A stretch of DNA of 64,000 nucleotides from Selaginella moellendorffii (lineage: Eukaryota > Plantae > Lycopodiophyta), in assembly GCF_000143415.4 (NCBI RefSeq), contig NW_003314273.1:2174597-2238596 (forward strand), given 5' to 3'. Of this stretch, positions 56,997 through 64,000 are shown in pieces (position 1 is the first letter of the stretch; each line of letters opens with the position of its first letter). The translations under genes and the position numbers were made by a program. The notes under the pieces were generated by a model. It was not told the DNA's origin. It did no database searches and saw only the letters and a program-made list of their open reading frames with translations.

Positions 56997-58200
56997 TTAA
57001 CCTGTGTCGGCAATGAAATTTGGATACTGTCCTTGGCATAGAACACCATCGCAGCTATTGCTACTTCCCCACTCTTTCCGCAATCTCACGATATCATCCG
57101 TGAAAGTGGAGCCCGGCGTCCCGATGAACGATTCGGCCATAGCGCAGATCGTTTTGTCCAGCATCGCTACCACCTTTGCAACCAAAGCAAAGTCGATCGT
57201 CAGAAAGAAGAAGTTTTGCTTAGATCGCTCACCTCGTTATCAGCTAGCAGGCCTTTTCTTTGCAGGATCGCGTCCCATCTCTCGAGTCGTGCTGTGGCCT
57301 CTGGATCATTGGAACGTCAGGGCCGAGCAATTGCTGGAGGAGAGTGATCTCGCTCTCCGCCGCGTCCGTGGAGATGTAGATCACTCGGGGCTTGGCCTCC
57401 TGGATCTTCCTCGAGATGCAGCTGGCAGCTTGAGGAATCGGGAAGAAGCAGCTCTCATTCTTTACATTGCTGCCAAAAAAGAGAGAAAAGATCGTAAAAA
57501 AGCTCTTCTTACCAAAACTTTAAGAAGCCATGCCGACGAAAGTGGAGCGCCATGAAGTTGGATCCCAGGAAAGTTGCACGAACCTTTGCACGGTGAGAAG
57601 AATGAGCCGGTTTAGACGGATGATCGTCTTGCACGAGTGCTGCAATGGACCACCAATCTGTGCTACGAGCTCCGACTCCACGTCCGAGTAGAACACGTCC
57701 CCTATGCCAAGAACCTCGTCCTCGCAAGAGAACTTCGCCACGAATTCGCTCGCGCGAGGATGAGATGGATAGCCTTTGAGAGAAGCTTCTTCAGGCCAGG
57801 CATCGTTCTTGGAACTCCACGAAAGTCCCAAAGCTTTAATCTTCTTCTCGTGATCTTCGTCCAAGTAGCAGCCACTCATGTAGCACAGGAGCCGGATGTC
57901 CGTCTTGTTCTTGCCGAGAAATTCATGGGATGTGAGGAGAGTCTTCTCTCCTAGGCAGCTGCAAATGTGGGCGATGTCGAGCGTCTTCTCGTACGAGTAA
58001 TCGACGCTGGAAAAACGAGCGCCCGATCGAGCAGCGCCGCGAAGAACATGTGCTTCTCGAGGCAGATGAGGTGATTGGAGATCTGGCCGGAGGTGCAAAT
58101 CACGAGAAGGAAGCGATCCTCTCCCTGCCGCCATTGGACGAGCTTGCCGTGGCGTCTGAGAAATTCTGGCCCTGGCAGCCCCGCATTCCCGGATCGTATC
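56997..58200 (-). pseudogene. O-fucosyltransferase family (OFUT36-like), 5'-truncated and frameshifted
   Basis: GQISNHLICLEKHMFFAALL, GGPLQHSCKTII, LHFRRHGFLKF and AMLDKTICAMAESFIGTPGSTFT lie in different frames. Confidence 0.85.
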
Positions 58201-58372
58201 CATGTCTGACGCCTGATACCAGCTGCTGGATCTGGTGATTGAGCTCGATCTGCGAGCGCAAGGCATCGGCCTGAGAAAGAAGAATCGCGCGTCACATTCC
58301 AGATTTCGAAGAGCCCCTGGTCCTGTCCACAAGACGCCCGGAATCTTGTGCCAATTGTCGTTCGTCAAGTAG

Positions 58373-59437
58373 ATGACTTCCACTGTTCTCGCAATCTTTG
58401 CTCTTTTCATCGTCTCGCTGTTTTCTCAGTCTGCTGCGATCCAATCGCCCAAGGCGGGCTCAATCTGTCCCACTGCAGTCTTTACATTCGCAGATTCTCT
58501 CAGCGATGGTGGCAACCGCGACATCGAGGCTGGCGAGAAGACTCTCTCGGGCATGTATCCCTATGGCGTCACCTACGGAAGGCCCATTGGACGCTACAGT
58601 GATGGGCTCGTCATCCCCAACTTTCTGATCCAGAAGCTTCACCTCGAGAACTTGGGCATTCCGAGCCTCGAATTCAATGGCACCGAGTTTGTCAGCCTCA
58701 ATTGTGGATACGCCGGAGCCACCATGATCAAGGTCGAGAACCAGCCATTCTCCAGCCCGCACATCTTCTCTGCCCAGGTTAACGATTTCGTGCGTCACCG
58801 CTCCAAGGTCGTGGGTGAATACGGCCGCGAGGATAGCTACATGGTCGAGATTGGAGGTGACGATATCAACTTCGGGGTGCCGCTGGGAGGTGATCAATGT
58901 CACCATTCCGGCCGTGATCCGGGGCCTGGCCGATGGAATCCACAACTTGTACGTACACGGAGCTCGCGCTCTACAACATGCCCCGCGCCGATTGCTCGCC
59001 AAACTATCGTCAGTCCTTCCAGCAGTTCCCTGAGGGGATGTACCATCGAGATTGCCCAACTTATCTCCTACTTCAACTCACAACGCCAGGCTTTGGCGGC
59101 CGAGCTCACCCAAGAGTATCCCGGTCTCACTGTTTACTACTTTGATTGGTTTGCTGCCAACACCTACATGGAGGAGTTTGGCTTCACGAACTCGCTCCAG
59201 TCGTGCTGCGGCGGCGGTGGCAAGTTTAACTGTGATGGAGATGGTCTTTGTGGCTGTGCGCCAGTGAACCACACAGATGCTGTCTACACAGTGTGTGAGC
59301 ATCCCAGCGAGTACTTCACCTTCGATGGCATTCACTACACAGAACACTTTGACAAGATTATGTTTGACTTTATCATGGCCCGAAACTACATCACGCCCAA
59401 GGTGAGGTTGGACAAGGGATGCAAGGTCATTGTTTAA
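58373..59437 (+). CDS. GDSL esterase/lipase, intronless, probably damaged
   Basis: Signal peptide, VFTFADSLSDGGN, GRYSDG, VEIGGDD and YFTFDGIHYT. The central part (~58890-59040) reads as GDSL only in other frames. Confidence 0.75.
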   Translation: MTSTVLAIFALFIVSLFSQSAAIQSPKAGSICPTAVFTFADSLSDGGNRDIEAGEKTLSGMYPYGVTYGRPIGRYSDGLVIPNFLIQKLHLENLGIPSLEFNGTEFVSLNCGYAGATMIKVENQPFSSPHIFSAQVNDFVRHRSKVVGEYGREDSYMVEIGGDDINFGVPLGGDQCHHSGRDPGPGRWNPQLVRTRSSRSTTCPAPIARQTIVSPSSSSLRGCTIEIAQLISYFNSQRQALAAELTQEYPGLTVYYFDWFAANTYMEEFGFTNSLQSCCGGGGKFNCDGDGLCGCAPVNHTDAVYTVCEHPSEYFTFDGIHYTEHFDKIMFDFIMARNYITPKVRLDKGCKVIV

Positions 59438-59457
59438 ATAGTCATTTTACTTCTCAC

Positions 59458-59482
59458 CACACACACACACACACACACACAC
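59458..59482 (+). repeat. (CA)n microsatellite
   Basis: About 12 CA units. Confidence 0.9.
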
Positions 59483-59782
59483 CACCCCAAACACTAATGT
59501 AACCACTAAACAATTTTCTTAATCATTGACATTGATCATACCATGAAAAAGTCTTTTGAAAGAAGCAAAGACAATCCCGAAATTAGAGCTTCACGCTAGG
59601 AGCATTGCCTTGATTTTAGCCTTCATGATCTCATGGCACTCGTCTTCAGTGTGTCTCATTCATGAAACTCTAGTCATCCAGCTCAAACGAGCGTCCAAAG
59701 TAATCTTCAAAGCGCCACTGCGAGCACTAAACACGATCGCGTCGTTGCAAGTTTGAGTGGAGTTTGATACATTTTAGGTGTA

Positions 59783-59963
59783 AGTACGAAGGAGTGGTGT
59801 GTTCGAATCCGTGCCCCAACATGCTTGGGAAAATAAAAGGGAGTGATCAGTTTGAGGGTCCCTCTTCTTCGGGTGGGTTCGATTCGGGATCGGCTCTACA
59901 AGACTATCCCTCAGGTCCCTGTCTTCCCAACTTGAAAAATATTGCGCCCCTCCTCTACATAAC
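59783..59963 (+). repeat. ~180 bp direct repeat, copy 2
   Basis: Matches 56684-56892. Confidence 0.9.
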
Positions 59964-59964
59964 G

Positions 59965-60995
59965 ATTTAGTTAGGCCTTAACCCTGGTTAACGATACGCA
60001 GGGAAGCTCTTGCCGAGGTGGACGCCAAAAATCCATGAGTGGAGACCGTGGTGATCGCCAGGCTTGGCAAGAGCTTTCGAGATATCGCTTTTAACTCGCA
60101 GGATGAAGGTGTGGTTTTGTATCCGGATCCTCGGACTACGCCATCCTGAGATTTTGTTTCGAAGACCAGGGAATAAAAGGTTGTGCGAGTGGTAACTTCG
60201 GTCACGCAGGAGAGAGCTCACGTAGAGATTGATCGCGATGATCGCCAAGAAGTGCCAAACATCTCTTTCTTCGGTCTTGTCCTTCAAAATCTTCTCCTCT
60301 CTCTCACACCTGGATTTGTCGAAAAGATTTAAGGCGGGTCTAGGTAATGGTACCAAGGGACGTGGATCATGGTGATCGCCACGGCGGTGTCAGGCTTATG
60401 CTCTTTCTGAAAGAGTTATTCTATCATTTGGAGATGGTTGTGAGTTATCCTCACGAGTGAGCAGGCGGATCATTGTATTGAGACCCGTCAAGGATCACTA
60501 CAGCATGATCTGGATGTTCTTGCGAGGTCTGGAAGGCTGGAGGACGCCGAGGAGCTCATCCACACGCCATGCCATTCTTTCCAGATCACAACTAAAGCCG
60601 CTCGAGTCGAGCCCTGGCCAGCGTCTAGCTCGAGCTATAGAACTTCCACAAATCCTGGAAGTAGAGTAGAGAAGCTAAGGATCTAGCAGCGAGGGTGCAA
60701 CTCTGGAAAACTTACGTCACAAAAGATCACTGTCCACAACTCACATTCGCAGCTCTTTGGAAAGGTTTTACAACCTTAATCGATTCTACGATCTTAACAA
60801 ACTTGTGGCTGTTCTAAAGTTCCCTACTCTGAAGTGTGTGAAGGATGTGTAGCATTTCTTGGGCAAGATTCAGTATCTCGGTTGTTTTGTGGATCATCTT
60901 TCTAATCACACTGCACCATTGTGAGCGTTGCTAAAGTTATCAACATCATCTTTCATCTGGTCTCCAGATTGTGAGCGGGCGTTCATGGACAAGAA
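59965..60995 (+). mobile_element. Degenerate Ty3/gypsy LTR retrotransposon relic
   Basis: 60790-60990 translates to DLNKLVAVLKFPTLKCVKDV*HFLGKIQYLGCFVDHLSNHTAPL*ALLK...FIWSPDCERAF (RT thumb/connection). PBS-like TGGTACCA at ~60348. The left boundary is uncertain. Confidence 0.7.
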
Positions 60996-61253
60996 TCGAC
61001 GCTAGGAGATCCTGCCCAGGATTTTGGCGCCAAGAAAGTGGGAGCTCCGTGGGATCGAGTTATAACTGGCGGTTGTCTCGCGGTTCCAATCGAAGAGGAC
61101 AGATCCCCGACAGATCCCGGGGTTTGGAATCTGGAGGCCCAATGAGATGCTGACGTCGCGCTGGAAGTTTTAGGCCTGCCACGTGGTAGGGGTTATACAA
61201 TATCCCACATGCCGAGGTCTGGAATCAAGCCCTCCCAAGTCTATATAAGCATA

Positions 61254-61409
61254 GCATATTTAAAACTAAAAACTAAGAAGCAGCTTTTGGTTGCATATTT
61301 AAAACTAAAAACTAAGAAGCAGCTTTTGGTTGCATATTTAAAACTAAAAACTAAGAAGCAGCTTTTGGTTGCATATTTAAAACTAAAAACTAAGAAGCAG
61401 CTTTTGGTT
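61254..61409 (+). repeat. Perfect tandem repeat, 4 x 39 bp
   Basis: Unit GCATATTTAAAACTAAAAACTAAGAAGCAGCTTTTGGTT. Confidence 0.97.
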
Positions 61410-61429
61410 TTCTGTTTCTGAGAATATTA

Positions 61430-62298
61430 GCACAATAGAAACATGAAAACTAGTTCGATCAACTCTAGTATTGAATGACAAATGAGAAGAAATTTGTACA
61501 CTGGATTTTTCGTTGGTATAGTTGCAGGGATCAGCTCTTGGCAGTCATGGGCGTTTCAACATACTGAAACATCAGCAATAGTTCGCTTATGATCCTGCAA
61601 AAGGATGAACTCCAAACCCCGGGATTTTGAGCTCTGTAGTTCCACAAGCGACCTGAGTCCACCTTTCATCATTAAAGAAGAAAACAGGAGGTCGAGAAAA
61701 AGAAAAGAATGTACTTACCCTTGGATGCCAAGTAGATCAGATACAAAGGGACAAGAAACAGTCTGCCAGCCAAAGCGAGATTCAGGATGGCTCCTCCAGG
61801 ACTGTCTTGGGACCTCATAGCTTGGATCTGTTCAAATGATCATCCAGATATGTTTTAAGGGTATCAGTGGAAATCTCTTCCAGAATCAAGAGTTACTGCT
61901 TGGCTTGTGACGTTTCCTTGAACGCTTTTGCGACTTGCTCTACAGGAGGAAATTATTTAACAAACCGGGAAAAGGAATGCTGAAATTTCTCTCTCACCTC
62001 TGGATCGCAGACATCACACTCAACGAAGATGGCAAACGGAGGATTAGGATTCGTCAGCTAATGGTGCTCCTCTTTTACCAAGCTCAGTGTTCACAGCCCA
62101 TTCTCACATGACAATTCCACAATCGTCACGCATCGCAAGTGCCAGCACCCTTCCTGGAAAAGACAATTCGTTCGAGTGAAAGTGAGCCAATGACGAGAAC
62201 TTATTCTCTCCACTTTTTTTTCTCTTTGCTGTGTGTGCCAAAAGAAGAGACATACCAATGCCAGTGATGAGGACGCAGGAGCCACCTCCAACCTTCAT
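61430..62298 (-). pseudogene. SDR/ARP-like pseudogene copy B
   Basis: MKVGGGSCVLITGIG..., colinear with 55600-56616, with deletions. Confidence 0.75.
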
Positions 62299-63014
62299 CT
62301 TCTGCTTGTTCAAGAACGCATTATAGACGTTTTCAAAAGAAAGGTATAAGCTACCTGGATTTGAGGATTTCAATTTTTGCCAGCCAGCTTTCTCGATAAT
62401 GACATGCTCTCAGGAAAATTGGTGTTTAAAGGGAAGGATGATGTGATGTAGAACACTAGCCCAGCCTCCACATTTTCTGGTTTCAGTTGTTTGTCGTTCC
62501 ATCTCCTTTGAAATTGTGCCAAGACATCCCAATGTATCGTTGTCCAAGTTTTTATAAATGTTTCTTTTTGCTTTCACATAATCAAGCCTGATGTTTGGAT
62601 CGCCTCAATGATGGCAGCCCAAGGGACACCAACAAAGGAAGGAGCAAAAGTCGTGGAGGAGGATGTAAGAGCCAGTAGAAGAAGAATGTAATAGTTGAGG
62701 TGTTCAGGGAGACATGCACGCAAAGGGAGGCTTAGGAGGCTTGTGTTCCTTAGCTTGCGTGTTGCGGCTTCCATCTATTTGCAACTTCCACAGGTGAGGC
62801 ATTGGGCCCTAGAGTGGACATTCCATGGCTGCTGACTTCCCAAATTGAGGGAAGCGATCGTTGGTGAGGAAGGGACCATCATGTCTAAACACACCATATC
62901 ACCTTTGCTTCCATGCTGTTCACAAGGTTCCCCCTAAGTGGGAGGCAATAAGTCATCCGTCCTCGTCCTCCTGGACAGTCCTGGAGGAGCCATCATGAAT
63001 CTTGCTTCGCGTGT

Positions 63015-63482
63015 GCATTCGATGGCTGCCATGAGGTTCATGCTCAAGACCTTACGCCATTTGCTCACGAAGTCCCCCTGCTCGACATGACGCACGCATC
63101 CAGTCTCAAGAATGTTTTGTGACTTGCTCTACAGGATATAAATGTTTTTAAAAACAAGAAAAGGAATGCTGAAAGTGTCTCTTGACCTGGATCGCGGACA
63201 TCACACTCGATGAATATGGCAAAGGGAGAATTCAGATTTTTCAGCTTTTGGTGCTCCTCCTTCACCAAGCTCAGAGTTCGCATCCCATTCTCACGTGACA
63301 AATCCACAATCGTGATGTTTGCACCACCAGCGCCCTCCCTGGAAAAGCTAATTAAAGTGCTTTCCAGACGAGAAATTCTTATCTCTCTTCTTTCTCTTTT
63401 TCTGTGTGTGCCAATGAAGAGACATACCAATGCCAGATCCAGAGCCAGTGATGAGGACGCAAGAGCCCCCTCAGACATTCAT
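63015..63482 (-). pseudogene. SDR/ARP-like pseudogene copy C
   Basis: CVLITGSGSGIG, GANITIVDLSRENG, FAIFIECDV and LDACV, with an early stop and frameshifts. Confidence 0.75.
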
Positions 63483-64000
63483 CTTCACCTCGTCTTGTAA
63501 TTCAAGAACACATTATAGACATTTTTAAAAGAAGGCTATAAGCTGCCTGGGATTGAGGATTTCACAAGTTTTGCCAGCCACTTACTCGATAATGACATGC
63601 TCTTAGGAATATAGTCATTGGTGCTTAGGGAAGGATGATGATCTGGAACACTATGATCACCGTGAGAGAAGCATGCTTAGAATGCCCCACCAGGATCAAC
63701 GAGACAATTGTGTCAGGCACGATTTCTTGCGTGAAGATTTTTTCCAGAGAATCCCACGTGAGATGATGATCCTTGACACCCTGCTTGTTCAGACAACAAC
63801 AAATTTTGACTTATGCTGATGATTATTTTAATAAAATAATGATTAGTACAGCTAATTTTAAATCTGTTGCCAGTTAGAGCATAATTAAATTTATAAAAAA
63901 ATTAATGATGGCGGGAATGAATTCAAAAAAAGATTAAGTTTTAATCTTTATTAATACTAATTTTGAATTTGACTGATATTTAGCGAGAGCATTCACCGCC

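Noticed and set aside
61254-61409. CRISPR-like array or the repetitive peptide ORF 61209-61421
   Set aside because: Units are contiguous with no spacers, the context is eukaryotic, and the ORF is a by-product of the 39-bp unit.
62560-63000. Insert between SDR copies B and C
   Set aside because: No frame gives a recognisable protein.

Overview
Eukaryotic land-plant genomic DNA with compact genes and mostly short (about 45-110 nt) introns. A flagellar CFAP100 gene alongside plant genes suggests a seed-free plant, most likely a lycophyte such as Selaginella (inference). The window has three zones. (1) 1-24 kb is a rearranged accessory region: a Toc159-family GTPase gene, then a ~6.4 kb tandem duplication (1295-7653 / 7652-14272, 2-bp junction microhomology, one internal inversion). 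In both copies only two genes keep intact frames: a 4-exon orphan protein gene and an intronless secreted protein with an unrecognised N-terminal domain fused to a bulb-type (GNA) lectin. They sit among decayed RNase E/G, DegP and probable Na+/H+ exchanger fragments. A U11/U12 snRNP 59K gene and a second ~4.3 kb duplication with very AT-rich blocks follow. (2) 24-54 kb is an ordinary housekeeping block: MIXTA-like R2R3-MYB, RBM25, ADF, LSM12-like (with a U12-type AT-AC intron), a TPR protein, NLA/BAH1-like SPX-RING, SYT6-like SMP/C2 protein, CFAP100, NPH3/BTB and CHD1/CHR5. (3) 54.7-64 kb is a second degenerate zone: three SDR/ARP-like pseudogenes, a frameshifted O-fucosyltransferase and a GDSL lipase between ~200 bp direct repeats, a Ty3/gypsy relic and a 4x39 bp tandem repeat. 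The best candidate for an undescribed system is the duplicated orphan + diversifying lectin-fusion pair. All family calls come from motifs recognised by eye; no database search was run.
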